Part shown: positions 40,722 to 55,700 of the stretch, one piece after another | How positions within the stretch are numbered: position 1 is the first letter of the stretch | Layout: every line of letters starts with the position of its first letter | Source of the DNA: Aplysia californica | Taxonomy: Eukaryota | Direction: 5' to 3' | Length of the DNA: 64,000 bases | NCBI RefSeq assembly: GCF_000002075.1 | Contig: NW_004797510.1 | Location: 593,384 to 657,383, forward strand | The notes under the pieces: generated by a model | Told to the model about the DNA's origin: nothing | What the model saw: the letters and a program-made list of their open reading frames with translations, nothing else | Database searches by the model: none | Made by a program: the position numbers and the translations under genes

Positions 40722-43700
40722 GCGACCTATTCCAAAGCAAATGATCCTCCTCATTTAAAAACACACAAACACACATAAAGAAAAGCAAAAATATATATGT
40801 ATAAATATATACATACACGTATATAAATCTAAAAAGAACACAGCTACAAAAACAAACAAACCACAACTGCACAAAACCACAAAATCACACTCGACCTCAT
40901 ATAAATGTTGACAAAGATTCGTCTATTTATGTTCAACTGCCCGACAAAACTTGCTTATGAGAAATGACACTCCAGACCAATAGGCTACAGATTATAAAGT
41001 ACAAAGGCACAATGAGAGAGACCGGAGAGAAAATATGGAAAAAGTTCATAGCCGGTCTTTTGAAAAAAAAAGTTTTTTCATTTAATATCTCAAAGAAAGG
41101 ATAGGGTAGTTACAAAAAAAAAAAAGAATGCCATGCAATAACAATTTGTGCACTAGAGGAAAAAATCCAGTTAGTCGGAGGCATTAATCTACAGGGAACG
41201 CAAAAACCACTTTACCTCCCATCTTTTTTTCCCACATGATGTTTCTCATCTCATTATTTATTACTTTGCAAAACATAAACAGCAGAAGTTTTAGTAGATT
41301 CTACAAGGAAGCAATGTAAAAAGCAGGTTCACCTGTTATCTTATACTTAAAGGCCTGAAAAAATCTCCAACGGCAAAAACAAGGGTGGAAGGAGGAAAAA
41401 ACACGGAAGCACATTACTTCACAAAATATTACAGAACCAAACAAAAGCAATTATATAATAACTGTATTAATTGTATTAGTTTTCAGGAACACCAAAATAC
41501 ACCTTCCTCTTCTACATAGTTACAGACATCAAAAGAATTGCCTTTAGTATGAACTGGTTATAAAAAAAAAGTACAAACAGCAAAATAACTAAATTCCTTT
41601 AGTATGAACTGGTTATAGATTGATTTAAGTACCAACACCACTTACAGTCATCAAAAGAATTGCTTTAGATATGAACTGGCTATAAAAATAGAAATCTAAC
41701 AAAGCGAGGAAAAGATCGGAAAGAAAATGGTTACCTCCAGGCGCTGGTGTCACTGGTGCCTCCGCTGGTGTTCCCGAGGTGCTAGACGCTGAGTCAGACA
41801 CTCCGTTCTCCAGGGCTTTCTAGAAAATATAGCAAGTGAGTAACAAATTTCAATAATACAGTCAAAATTGCCGAAGATCATTGCCCCTCATTGTCGAGGA
41901 GAAAAGCAATCGTCTTAAACAGGTGTAAATCTTATACAACGTCATTAGTTTTACTTTTAGAAAGAGATTTACACCCCCCAGGGCGGCGCCACTGACTGAA
42001 GTGTCTTTAGCCCATTCCCAAAAGGGGGACATTTCTCATTCTAACGCACAGTAGAATTGTAAATGGGCTGATAAAAAAAATGCAATGCTCATAACTGTCA
42101 CTGTGCCTGAACGACAACAAGGAACTGCTGCTTTTTTTCTCCCTAATCCTTACTATCGTCATTTTCCTCAACTTCTTTTGTATGTTTGTCACACTCTTGT
42201 GACCCGCTATTTCCGGGGTGCCTTGATAGTAGAAGCAGACTTTGCGCTGTTGAAGCTAGAGAGGTGAGCAGAGTAAGTCTGATTCCCTGTAAGGGCTTCC
42301 CTGTTGACATCCACCCCTTGTTGCTCATATGACCTTATGCAGTGGTGAGCGCCGAAAAACCTCTACTAAAACTAAAAAGAGCTTTATGGAACTTGCAAAA
42401 CATTAAACTCATAAAAGTGCCAAAGATTAGAGGTGTCACAAGAATTTAACAAACACAAAAAAGAAGAAGAAGAGATAAAAATGATAGATGTTTGATAGGA
42501 AAGAAGAAGCAAACCACACCAATGGACCAACCAACCACCCAAACAATATCATTATAATGAAAAAAAAAACGCAAGGGAGGAAATGGAAAGTGGCCGTTTA
42601 TACAGGTTATTTCTCATGGGGCAGCCGTAAGTGCGGGTTCAACTGCAATAAAGTAACAGCAACTTTTCCAAAACAAAACACTCTACCCACGTGATGGATA
42701 CAGGTGGTGAGCATTGGCCAATAACAGCCACCCCCCCCCCCAAACCCCTTTACACACAGTTTTCTGCATACAATAAATCAAGTTATTCAGAGCACACATG
42801 CCTAAAAAGATCTTTCCAATTTACTTTTGAGTTTCATTCTCGTTGTAATACGCAAATCTGGTTTTGAAATTCATAACTTTTCTTCAGCATTTGCAAATCC
42901 ATAAGGAGCAGTACTACAATACAGAGAATACATATTTTCTTATATGAAAACGGACTTCTGTAGTCAATCCCAAAACACATATTAAATATGTTTTATCACA
43001 TACTGGTCGGCAGCTATGTAATAAATAATAATAATACAGATAATTTCTAAAGCGGCCACTCCTGTACAATACAGCTCTTGGCACTTTACAATCACTTCTA
43101 TTAAGCACAAAATACATGTGCACAATCGTGCGCCCATGTGGTATTAAAAATAACTCTTCCACATAAGCAGACATTTAGACTATCACAGCACAATGGATGA
43201 TAATATGCACATCAGAGTAAAAACAAAGCGAAACTCAAACTTTGTACCGATGTGAATCGGCAAATTGTTCACCTAGTGCCGGGAAAAAGCAGAGAAGGCT
43301 GACAGGGACAACAAAAGATAGTACAGATGTAGGACCTACTAGTGCCTTCCTCTCCCCCCCCCCCCAAAAAAAAACCCAATTTAAAATAAAATTAAAAATA
43401 GACGAAAAAAACAAGTCCCAATGATTTGTACAGTATATCATAAACGTCCATAAGAGTTTTACAGTTCTCCCTACAAAATGATTTTCAGAAAAGTGGGAAA
43501 AAAATTCTTTCTTATTATGTAACAGGACTGCCCAAAATATGGTGAGGAATGTTTTTTTCACCTTTTAAAAGTATCACTAATTGTAATCGTGGTTCTAAAT
43601 AATGTAATTTGAGACCCAAAAAAAGGTATTTAACCAAATTTGACGTATGCACAAAAACAGTCAGATGCTGACAGATTGCGTCAAAAAGGAACAAGATGCT

Positions 43701-46700
43701 TGTGTTTTTTTAATATTTGTAAGTTTTGAGGCACTTGCAACACAAATTGGTCATACAAGTGCTGAAGATTGGAGGTGTTACTTGAGTGTATCATACAAGT
43801 ACACAAAAACTAAGAAGGAAAGATTAGGAGGATAGAGATATTTTATAGGAAAGAAGGAGCAAACTACACCAGAGCGCCCACAAACCACCGACATGAGTAT
43901 TTTTCAGCCAGTGCATATTGCTGAAAGCACTGTACCTTTCGTGACTTCCTTCGCTTCTTCTTTTCCTCTTCTGACATGTGGAACTCTTTGGCTTTGGATA
44001 TTCTGAGAACTTGCTTCAGCTGTAAAGAGTATATATAGAGAGAAAAATGTTACTTTACAATGACAATCTTTATCCATCTCATAGGAAGAAATTTGTCTTG
44101 GTTTTGTTTGTTTATTTGTTCGTTTGTTCGTTTGGGTAAAGATAAGCACATCAACACAAAAAAGGTTATTTAGCGCTGGGGAAGAGTAAGACAGACAGAC
44201 AGAAACAACAGAGGGAAAGTAAAGAAGTAGGACCTACCAGTGGCGCCCTCCAACCACCCACGTCTTGGTCTTCCTCTCATAATTAATCTTTTCTTTTCGT
44301 ATTAATAACCTTTTGTTAACCAACAAAAAAACAAATCTGAGCGTGTCGCGACAACACACAGCAAGTCATATAGCACAGTCATGCACTAGTGCCGGGCATC
44401 CACTTAGATTTTGGGCTACTCCACAGTAACTGACAGGACATTTGGACGACACTTTCTTTCAGTGGTAACACTGTAATTCAATATCAATTAATCTATTTCA
44501 ATTTTGTTGTTTTAGTAGAGGTTTTGCGGTGCTCGCAACTGCATAAGGTCGCATGAATGCCAGAAGATTAGAGGTTACAATAGAGTAACAAACATAAAAA
44601 AGAAGAAGGGGAGATAAGGACGACAGATGTTTGATAGGAAAGAAGAAGCAAACCACACCACAGCAATTTCAACTTTACAGGATCAGAACATTTAAAAGAC
44701 ATATAAAGAATCATATTAAATGCAGTCATTTGAAAAAAAAAGTACTTTATGCAAATTCTGTGAACAGTTTAGCTTTGGTAACTTATGGGACAGAAAAAAT
44801 ACCTCATTTGTCCCGTCAGTAACCGTAAAATAGCCCTTTTCATTTACTGTATGTCCATTAAGGTCATAAAAGTGCTGAGGATTAGAGGTGTTATAGGAGA
44901 CAAACAAACAGAAAAAAGAAGAAAGAGAGGAAAGGATGATAGACGTTTGATAGAAAAGAAGGATCAAATTATACCAGAGCACCCACCTACCACACATGAA
45001 AAATACTTTGAGCAGAGCAAGGTTAAATTCAAACCTCATTCTGAACCTCACGAAGAGACTGTGGAAGAAACAACAAAGTTCTTGTGCTGTCTAACTTGTG
45101 TGAATTAATTTAAGAGCAGAACACCACATGCAGAGACAGAGGTACAAAGAAAGCACAATGTACAGGGAGGGTGACAACAGTCTTAGTTTAGCTAAGTTTC
45201 AGTAAAAGTTTTACAGCACTTGCAACACAGATAGGTCATATGAGTGTTGAAAATCAGAGGTGTAACTAGAGAGCAACATACAAAGAAAGTGATAGATGTT
45301 TGAAAAGAAAGAAGGAGCAAACCTTACAACAGCAGCCACCAACCAACCACATTCAGGGTTTGAACCAAGGTAATCTGCACCACACAGATACCAACTGAGT
45401 AAGGGCGCGCCAGCACACACAGAAGCGGGCATTGACCTTGCCTATCACGGCCAACCCCGACTGAGAGGGATATAATGTTTCAGCAGCAAGACCGAGATAC
45501 TCTAGAAAAATTCTCCCAATACAGGAATTGAACTCAGGTCTTCTGCGTGCGATGGCGAAGTGCCCAATTAAACCACTACTAGAAACAAAAACTTGAGGAA
45601 ATGACCCGGACATCCATTTGGGGAAGCGGAAAGCATTCATTACGAAATACTGATATCAGACAATCAAGAGCACTTGAATCTGATAGCATAGGTCATTCAC
45701 TCCAGAAAGAAATCAAACCCTTTGCTGAAGTCGTGACTGGCACTGATAGACACAGTCAACACTAAGGGTTATTAAACGTGCTGCACATTATTTCACTGTC
45801 TACCTTCCACCCAAAACGCGAGTTGCTCAACACTGAAGACTGATAACGGGTTCATGATTTCATTTGAGACTGATAGAAGAGGTCAGCATGTATGCCTTGA
45901 ATGAGATCCTCTGTCAAAGAAGTGACCAGCTTTTGTCAGAGACCATTTATTGGTTCAACGCCCCTTTATCAGCAACAAGGTTATTTTGGAGACGGGACCT
46001 CTCAATTTAGCGTCGATCTTAGATAATACCGAGCCAAAAGAGCTGAGAGCCTAAATTTCTCTCAATAAAGACTGAAACAAAGATGTATAAAAATACTGTC
46101 AAAGAATAAAAGTAGAGAGTTAATTGTGATTAGGGACTCAATGAGGGTGTGCATATCCTTCCACTGAACGAGAAGTCCAGCACCTTAAAGCTCTTAGTTT
46201 TCATTTTAACAAGATTTTTATGGAGCTTGCAACACAATTTCCCTACAATAGTAATATACAAAAAAAAGGAAGAGAGATATGGACGATAAATGTTTGAAAG
46301 GAAAGACGGCACACACAACACAAATAGGCCGTATAAGTGCCGAAGATTATAGGTGTTACAAGAGAGTAAGTAAAAATACAAAAAAGGAGGGGAGATAAGG
46401 ACAATAGACGTCTGATATGAAAGAAGGAGCAAACCACACCAGAGCATCCGCCAACCACAAACTCAGACATACCAGTTTCTGGTCACTCTTCAGTCGACTT
46501 TCAATCTCCTCTTTGGCACTTTTCACAAACTCTTTGAGTTTACTGGGTATTTTTAGTACAGGTTTTGCCACGGGGGGTGGGAGAGACACATCACAGAACA
46601 AGCTGAGGACAAGGAAAGAACAATACAGGCACATTAACTCTTTATCTCCGAGGAGGGTAAACCCACTAATGATGTACATCACTAAATTGGTCATTAAATC

Positions 46701-49700
46701 AAAACAAGTGAACTTATTTTGACAGTTCTTCATCTAATGAATGAACTCTCAGAAATAGAGACCTGTTTTTGGCAATTGCCAAAAAGTGATTTGACGTTGA
46801 AGTCGTCACAAAGGAATGCGCCCAAGCCGCTGTCAAAGGCTCACTGGCACAGCAGTTCCGACCATAAGCCACAGGGAGCGGCTTCCTGAGACAAAGAGTT
46901 AATCATAAGCAGTAACTGGTATGAAACAATCAGTGGTACACACAGCCACTTCCCATTTCCCCTTTGCCTTTGTAAACATTATAATGACACTGTGTAAGAC
47001 GTTCACTTTCTTCTCGACAATGGATGGCCGTCACAGACAATTTAAACTAATAATACGTGAGGCAGCGTGGTGAAATCAGGCGTTCGTCAAAATAATGAAA
47101 CTGAGGAAACTGATATTTTTTCGCACATTTGGTAATCTTTATTGAATTTTTGTTTTCTGGCTCAACACATTTCATGTCCATTAAAGAACACATTTCTGTA
47201 TGGACAGTACTTTAAAATGTTGATTAAAGGCACACAAAAATGTAAATTTTCTGTTTCCATGGACTCTCAAGCTAAGGAAATAACTAAACTTTGGCCGCTA
47301 TTTTCCACTAATTTTACTTCTGAAATCAGGCGACCCCTACCTCATTCAGTCGCAAATATTTCTAGTTGTGTTCAAGAAAGCTGGATATTTTTTTCACTGA
47401 AAGCAAGACAAATGAACAACCTTTAAGATGATACCAATAACTTCACATGACCAAAAATTGACGAGCACCGGATTCCACAGTGTCATGAGTCGTGACACAT
47501 ATAAATAATAGGCCTAATAATAATATTTATTTCAAATATCATTTGTAAGCACATATCCCCCTTCAACAGCAAACTCTTAACACATTTCAATTCAAATTAA
47601 TAAATTAGGCATATAATCATCATTATGCAATTTGATGTGTACAAAGTTTTAAAAGCTTGTATTTTGAATGTTATATCGCACACACTAGCATTGAAAACAA
47701 TATAGAAATTCAGAGTTAAAAACAAACTCTGAATAGTGCTTGATAATAAGCAATGTTGGAGGAAGGTTAACTCAATGCCATGTAGATTTTAATCAGCCAA
47801 TGTCAGCCCAGTTAGAAAGGAGAGGGTTCAACACATAAAGGCGTCAAGCTCAGTTCTAAAAGAAACAACTTACGGGTGAGATAAAAGATCCGCCACAGAT
47901 GGTAGACCATTCTTACAAGCTTCTGTGGTCAGTATTGATTCCAACACCGATCCTGAAAAAACACAAAGTTTAGTTTTGTTTTACTGAGAGTTTTACGGCA
48001 CTGCAACACAAATGAGGCCATGTAATGGTTGAAAATTAAAGATATTATTAGAGAATAACATTTTTTTTTAAAAAGGAGGAGAGATAATGAATGACAATAG
48101 ATGTTTGATCGGAAAGAAAAAGCAAACCACACTAGAGCACCCACCAACCATCCACAAAAATTACAAAGAATATGAGGAAAGAATACAGTTCAACCCGCTT
48201 TAATGGCCACCTGTATATGAAAATCACTTTGCAAAACAGCCTCTTCCTATTTCCTCCCTTGAGTTTTTTTTTTTTACATTATAATTTCACAGAGTAAGAC
48301 TTCCACCTGTCAATAACAGCATCAACTGTATTTCTGTACCAAGAAGAAAGTATGGTACAGTACATGTATAATATATGAGGCAGCTTGTTGAAACCAGGCG
48401 CTCGTCAAAACAATGAAATGAAAGAAACCGGCATTTTTCTGGGCATTGGGCAATTTTTAATTTTTTTTTCATTGGCTCAACACTTTTTACGTCCTTTTAA
48501 AATGCATATCTGAGTTGATGTTAACGAAAAACGTTCACTAAAGGCAAAAAAAAAAAGAAGAGGAAATTTTCAGTTTGAAAGGACATTCAAGCTTTGGGAG
48601 TCACCAGACTTTGGTGGCCATTTTCTCCCTAATTTTACCTCTCATACCAGGCGATCCCCACCTCCTTCAATCACAAATATCTCGACTTCGATTCAAAATA
48701 GATGGGTGTTTTTTCGAGGCAAAATTAGCGAGAAAATGGCCGCCAAATTTATTAACTTCCATAGGTTAAGAGGCCTTGGAAACTAATAATTTACCTTTTT
48801 TGTGCCTTTAATCAGTGTTTTTCAGTAAAATCCACACAGAAATGCGTTTTTAAATTAACATAAAAAGTGTAGTCAATAAAAGAAAATTTGAAGAAACCTG
48901 CCAGACGGCCAATAAACGCCAGTTTCTTTGATTTCAATATTCTGACAAGCGCCTGTTTTCACCACAATGCCTCACATATGATCTTATGCAGTTGCAAGCC
49001 CTGTGAAACTCTTAATTAACTAAACTAAATCCCAAGAAATTTGGGAAAGATGGCAAGCTTGTCAAAACTCACTGATTTGTGCGGGACACTCTGGGGGAAA
49101 TTGATCACAGGTTGGTGCGTTGATCTGAGAGCCAAAGGACATCTCGTAGAGGACTTGACCAAAACAGTAAACATCAATGGTCTCCAGGCTCTGCAGTTCA
49201 AACGAGAGGGTCAACACAATTCATAAAAGTACAGTGAAAATGAAGCTTTTGTGTTATACCCCTCTCGATTCATTGTGAGTCTAAAAGTTGTGTTATCTAC
49301 AAAAGCATATTAGCAGGTAAGATCTCCAAAGCATGAAGTAATTTTTATTATAATAATTCAATAAGTCTGTGTTCTAAATCTAATTCATATTTACATAAGT
49401 CAATAAAAACAAAGTGATTACACACTGCAAACATTAAGTCTAAACTAAGAAGAAAGAAGGACCATTATAGCTAAATCTATATAAACTCATAGCAATAAGC
49501 AACACTGAAATGACAAGATTGTCTTTACCATCAATTCAGTCTTAAGACCTTTAAAGGGCAGGGTCAGAAAGCCTACCTCCTTTATCATCTAAATTGTGTT
49601 GATGGGGTGAAAAAACATCTTCATTAAAAAGAAGAAAAAGAAAAGAAATAGGTGGACAGCCCTTCTTGGTAGCCCCTACCTAATGCCAGGGTGAAAGAGG

Positions 49701-52700
49701 CAGAGAGAGGGATAAATTCAAAGATAATATTACAAAAATGTTACCTGTACTTTCTTGACTTGCGTATAGAAAGCCCTATAGTAGCCTGGCAGACCCATGA
49801 TGCTGTTCTCAATGTCCAGGAGTTGACAGCAGGAATTGATGACCAGTATGTTGCCAGCATGCAAGTGACCTGGACAAGATACCAAATTTAAGATATATAT
49901 TGAGAAAAATAAAAAAATTTAACGGGAGAACACAGAAGTCAACATCTCTTATAGACGTCACATATTAATTCAGCAGTATTTGACTTGAGCTACACATATT
50001 TCCGTTTCAAGCAAAAATATGCCCGTTTTGTCTATAAGTGAAGCTATATACAGAAGTCAAGGGTAGCATCCACATAAGCATATTATTATGGTATAGAAAA
50101 TTCATGTTCATGCTTCAGGGAAATTAATTTTAATTGCAATATTTCGCGTCCCATCCCCACTGAAACAATTTAAGATAATTCAGGAGATGGACTGCTTCAA
50201 CGCTGCCCAACAGGGCCAACCCTAGGCGAGTACGATGCAGCATCAAAGCAGAAAGATTATAATATGTCTCCTATTCATAGAAATTGAAATCACATCCTTA
50301 GTAAGCAAGGAGAACAGAAAAACCACTCCCCGCCCCCCCCCCCATGCTGGTTATCATTACAATTATGCTCAAGTACCAGCTTTGAGGAAGCAAAATTTCC
50401 CAACTTAGTCATAAAGATACTCATTTTCATATTTGATTAAGCTATTAAGCTATTCTTTCCCTGCCATTGAAGTCTCATACAGGTATCATAACCAATAGAA
50501 CTATGACATTAATTCTTTTTTTTTTTTTTTTTTTTTTGATTACTCACCATATGGGAAACCTTTATCGTGTAAAAACTTCAAAGCTTCCAAAATCTGTCTC
50601 CCAAATGTTTTCACAGCGCCAATGTCCAGTGGCATCCGTTTCTTTGGATTTCCATATTTGGTCATATAATTGCCCTTGGGCTTACATTTGCACAGGTAGT
50701 CTCTCAAAGTTCCGGGCTCATAGTAATCCCTGATAACCATCCCTCCATTCTCATTGGCTGCTGTAAAGTGGCATGGATATATGTAGGGATGCTGTGGGTG
50801 ACATGAAAAATCATCAAATGAGGCAAAAAATACAATACTTTGAATAATGTAATAAAAAGGCAAAAACAAAATAAATGTGAATACACCAAAAGAGTTTGTG
50901 AGTGAATCATCAATATCAGTTGGGTGTAAGAAAGCCTTTTACAAGAAAACAACCTTTTTAATTTTTTATTATCATTTTCTGTGAGTTTGGACAAAGGATA
51001 ATTTTTGTCCACTTTTTAGAGTGACCAATGCTTAACTCTAAAAAAGAGAGAAGAACGATGAAAAGACACCTGTATGGCTCCAAAACTCCAGGGTAAAAAA
51101 AATCAGAAAGTATTATGATATATATGACGCAAAAGTGACCAAAATTTCTATCAAAATAAAAAAGGAAAAAGAAATTCAATCAATTTCTATCACAAAAGCA
51201 CATCTTTGTCTTTCAAAGCAAAATAAACCTAAAGTAAAACTTAATTGTAAAACTAGAGAGATTTTAATGTAATTTTGATCTCACTTGCCTTTATCATAGG
51301 AAGAACTTTCATGATGGCTGTCAGTTCTTTTACTGGTAGGTACATGTCAGGTCCAAACTCCATCTGTAGAAAATAGCAGAGATGAATGTATGTCAGTTAA
51401 GGAAAGGCATGTATATCTTTTATACTAGCTGAAACATTCACTATACCTTAAAGAATGTCGACCTTGAAGGATAAGATATGGTCAGATAACATTTTCTCTT
51501 ATTCATTTTAGATTTTTAAATAAATGTTTGCCATCTCCCTGTACCCAGGTGAGTCTCAAAACTGAGAAATTTAACTTCCACTGACTCCACACAAAACATA
51601 GACATGGTGAGATACATGCAGATAGAATTACAGGTAACAACTCTTCCTGTATCTTACTGATCTCTTTCCCATTGTTATCCATTCTATACACCCAGCCTTG
51701 AGGGTCACTGTTAAAGTCCATTCATTAATCACAGGCAATTGTTTCTCCTTGGCATATACCAGGCTAAAACTACAAAAAGGGTGTAAGAGAACAAAACAAA
51801 TAAGATAAAAAAAACAAGCATAACCTTCTCTTCTTCAATTTCTAATAAGAAAAAAAAAAACGAACTAAAAGCAAAAAACAAAATCAGCAATACCCATGAA
51901 AGCATTTGTCTGACTTTGGGTTGAGCAAGGGGCTTGATGAGTATGAAGTGCTTCCGTATTCTCCAACCTGCACACACATATGAGGACAAAATAAACACAA
52001 TACCTCACAAGTCATGAAGCACTGAGAGCAAAGATCATAAAACTACAACATTCTTTTTGTCTCTTAAAAGCCTAAATTATTCAGTAAAACTATCAAGTAG
52101 CTTATTTGACTTCTATACCTCTTTCAACATCACTCATCTGATTCGTATGCTGAAAAGTTCAAAGTATTTATCTCAGACACTGAGTGAAAACTGATTTTGT
52201 TTAGCTTTGTCGAGACTGAATAATATCTCTTTCTAAATAGAATAATAAAAGAAAGCAACATGATGATTGCTAGAATAAGAAAATCTAAACAGTGCATCTA
52301 AAATTCTCATAAAACATATTGCATTAATGAATGCAAAGGAAGGCTGAGCAGATTGCTACACAAGTCTCCACACTTAGATGGATTTTTCAACACTCAGCCA
52401 ATGAGACATTTGCTTGCCATACCTATGTCAGGAAAAGGTTCCACAACATCCCAGTTGGGTTCAGACCGGAATATCATGGACACATGTTGAAGAGCAAGTT
52501 CTGTAGATGTTACAAAATATAAAACAAAATAAGAAAACACAAAAGATGACGCTGTCTCCAGCTTCAAAACTGTGCATTACAAAAAATGTGTGTCTGATAC
52601 ACGTAAAAGAGAACATGTCACACTTCACACCTCTGACAAGAGTAAATGAAACATAATCTTAAAACAAAATTCCTAAACAACATACATAATTAAAAGGTGA

Positions 52701-55700
52701 AAACAATCAGTTGGACCCTAACCCTTAGTTTAGTTTTAGTTAGGTTTTATGGCGCTCGCAACTGCATGAGGTCATATGAGTGCCAAGGGGTGGATGTCAA
52801 CACAGAAGTCCAAACGAGGAATCAGGCTTACTCTGCTCATCTCTCTAGCCTCAACAGCACAAAGTCTGCTTCGACTATCAAGGCACCCCAGAAATAGCAG
52901 TTCACATGAGAGTGACAAACATACAAAAGAAGTAGAATAAAAATGACCATAGTAAGGATGAGGGGGAAAAAAGCAGCAGTTCCCCTTATTTTGTTGCAGC
53001 ACAGTATGAGCATTACATTGATAAATCAGCCCATTTACAATTCTACTGTGCTGTGCACGAGAACATGTTAATATCCCCCTTTGGGAAAGACCTAAAGATA
53101 ACTTCAGTCAATAACAGGCCCTAACCCTATGGTATGTTAAAGAACAAAGGACATCTCCAAAACCCCGGTAGATTCCATTTACCACACAAACTGATCATGG
53201 CAAAACAAAGTGCACTGCAAAAACCCGCAAATAAAATTGTGCATTTTCACACTATACGAGAAAGATGCATGAACATTGCAAATAAACCAGTGCATTTTCA
53301 CATCACTTACAAAAAGTTGCGAACGGCGAATGGAAACAAAATTCAAGAATATAATAAGATTTTATGCAAATCCCACTGAGATTTTTTTATTGAAAAAATT
53401 TTTTTTTTACTTGGTGGGCTCCGATTTTATCAGAGAAGATCTACTTGGCAGGTCTGTGTTAAGAAAAGCAGAAGAGCAGAGTTCAAAGTTAAAGTACATA
53501 TACGATATATAGTTGAGTGCCTCTCTGGGGCTCTCGTGACACCACAATAACTGTCTTGTACCATTTCAGATTTCAGTCACCCAGGTGACATTTAGCCAGC
53601 CAGCTGTTGAGATGTACTATGCCCAAATTTTGACTTTTAAAAAAAATTTCAGTTTCTTAATCTGTGGTATTTGTTGCATGTGTTCAAAAATAATTTGTCA
53701 AAATTTAAATTCTACAAATTGAAACAAAAAGCAAGAAATTTTAGAAAATTGAAACGTTTTTTTTTTCTCTCCTGAAATAATTAGTTGTCTGGGCTGAGAA
53801 CATTGTTATGCCTTGCTGACTATATACAGTTGCAGCTTGCTACACATATACAACCACTTTCATTATAATACTCTGTCCCTACTGGAGGCAAAGTATCCAT
53901 TGTGGTTGGTTAGCGGGTGCTCTGGTGTGCTTTGCTCCTTCTTCCCTATCAAAAATCTATCATCCATATCTCTCATCCTTCATTTTTTAAATATGTTACT
54001 CTTTAATAACACCAACACTTCTAATCTTGGTTCTTATATGAACTATTGTGGTGCTACAGATGTGGTAAAACTCTTGCTAAAACTTTAGTGTCCATTTTCA
54101 CATGGGTGAGCCATGAAAAATAGAATAAAGTAACTATTCCAAGCCTACAAAATCCTCACTGAAAGAGGCATGAATAGACTGGACAACTTTTTTATTACCA
54201 ATCTGATGCTTTACTACTTGGAATGGACATATATGGTAACATCATGTAAGATCTCAGAAAAAGATTGACACTGGGGGCAAAGATAGAAGTTTTCATGTGT
54301 CTGGCAAAACATAAAGAGAGCAATAAACAGCATCTGGGTTTGGCATTTATGCTCTCAAAGCCTAGCACAGTGGGACTCATCCATCATCATCATCATAATA
54401 ATAATAATAATCAATAACAATTATTGCATTTAGTGCATATCTTTGCTCTACAGCATGTTCTATGTGCTTTACAACTGTTATTGCCTCAGTAGACCCTAAA
54501 ACACTCTGAAATATTCTTGGCCTCCCAAGAAGCATACAATGCAAGCAGCCGAATAAGTCTTCAAATGCTAACAAACTGATAAGATATTTCGCAAACTATA
54601 GCCAGATACCCATTCCCACATGGGTGAAGCAAGGAAAATTCATGTAAAGTGCTTTTCTCAAGAACACAGAGTCAGACCTCTGACAGGGTTTAAACCCTGA
54701 CATTTTGGTTATGAGCCCGAAAGCCTAACAACTCAGTCACTGTTGTTTGATGATGCATGTTGTCAGAAAGTCTTAAAGTGCTGGTATAAAAAAAAAGTTA
54801 TAAACAGAAAAGTAAAAATGTCATCAGGGTATTGCTGCCATCCATACCCAAGGAAGTACAGTCAAACCTGTGTAAGACGACCACCCATTGTCAAGGAGAA
54901 AAGTGGCCGTATAAGACAGGTGGCCGTCTTAGGCAGGACTGATCAAGATGAAGAAAACAAACCATTCCCATCTGAGGTCCCAATCGAAAGTAGCCGCGCT
55001 GTTGTTGTTTTTGTTGTTGTTGTTGTAATTTGTTTGTATTTTGTTTGTAATTTTTATGTTGTAGCTGATTTTGCGCAAGGGTGACAATGAAACGAAATGT
55101 ATCAGGCGAGGAAGACAGAGTGGCTATGGTAAAACAAATACATGAGTCGCCACCACTCGGAGAACGAGCGACGCTTCTGTCACAAGATCATGTTGACGTC
55201 CATTGTTACTTTGTTACAGACTGTGTAAATAGTGATCACTCATCTCACTTATGATTTGTGTATGAGTTCTGGGCGGGGCTTATGAGTTATGAGGGGTCAC
55301 ACGCTTACCTCACCAGCAGCTGAAAATTGGTACCTATTGGTCAACAGTGGGAGGAGCCTAAGCAACATGATCAGTTGGAGGGGCTACCTAACAACAACGA
55401 CAGGTGATTGAATTATGACGGCTCGCCTACAACGCTTGGGGCCAATGCACAATTTATGACAAAACGTAATGGAGTCACTAAGGTGGCCGTCTAAGACAGG
55501 TGTTATTGCTTAGTGTGATAGGAGTTGTGTGTTAAAATATGGTGGCCGCGGACGTGTTGGACAGGTGCCCGTTTTACACAATTAAATTATATAGAAAAAA
55601 AGAAAGGGAGGAAATGGAAAGTGGCCGTTTGTACAGGTGGCCGTCTTATAGAGGTGGCCGTTAGGGCAGATTTGACTGTATTTAACAGTGAGATGAGGAT

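Noticed and set aside
41505-41690. CRISPR-like repeat-spacer pattern
   Set aside because: Only three degenerate units with unequal, mutually similar spacers, inside a eukaryotic intron, with no cas genes
51283-51284. Canonical GT donor for PXK exon 6
   Set aside because: It gives phase 1, incompatible with the phase-0 exon 7 acceptor
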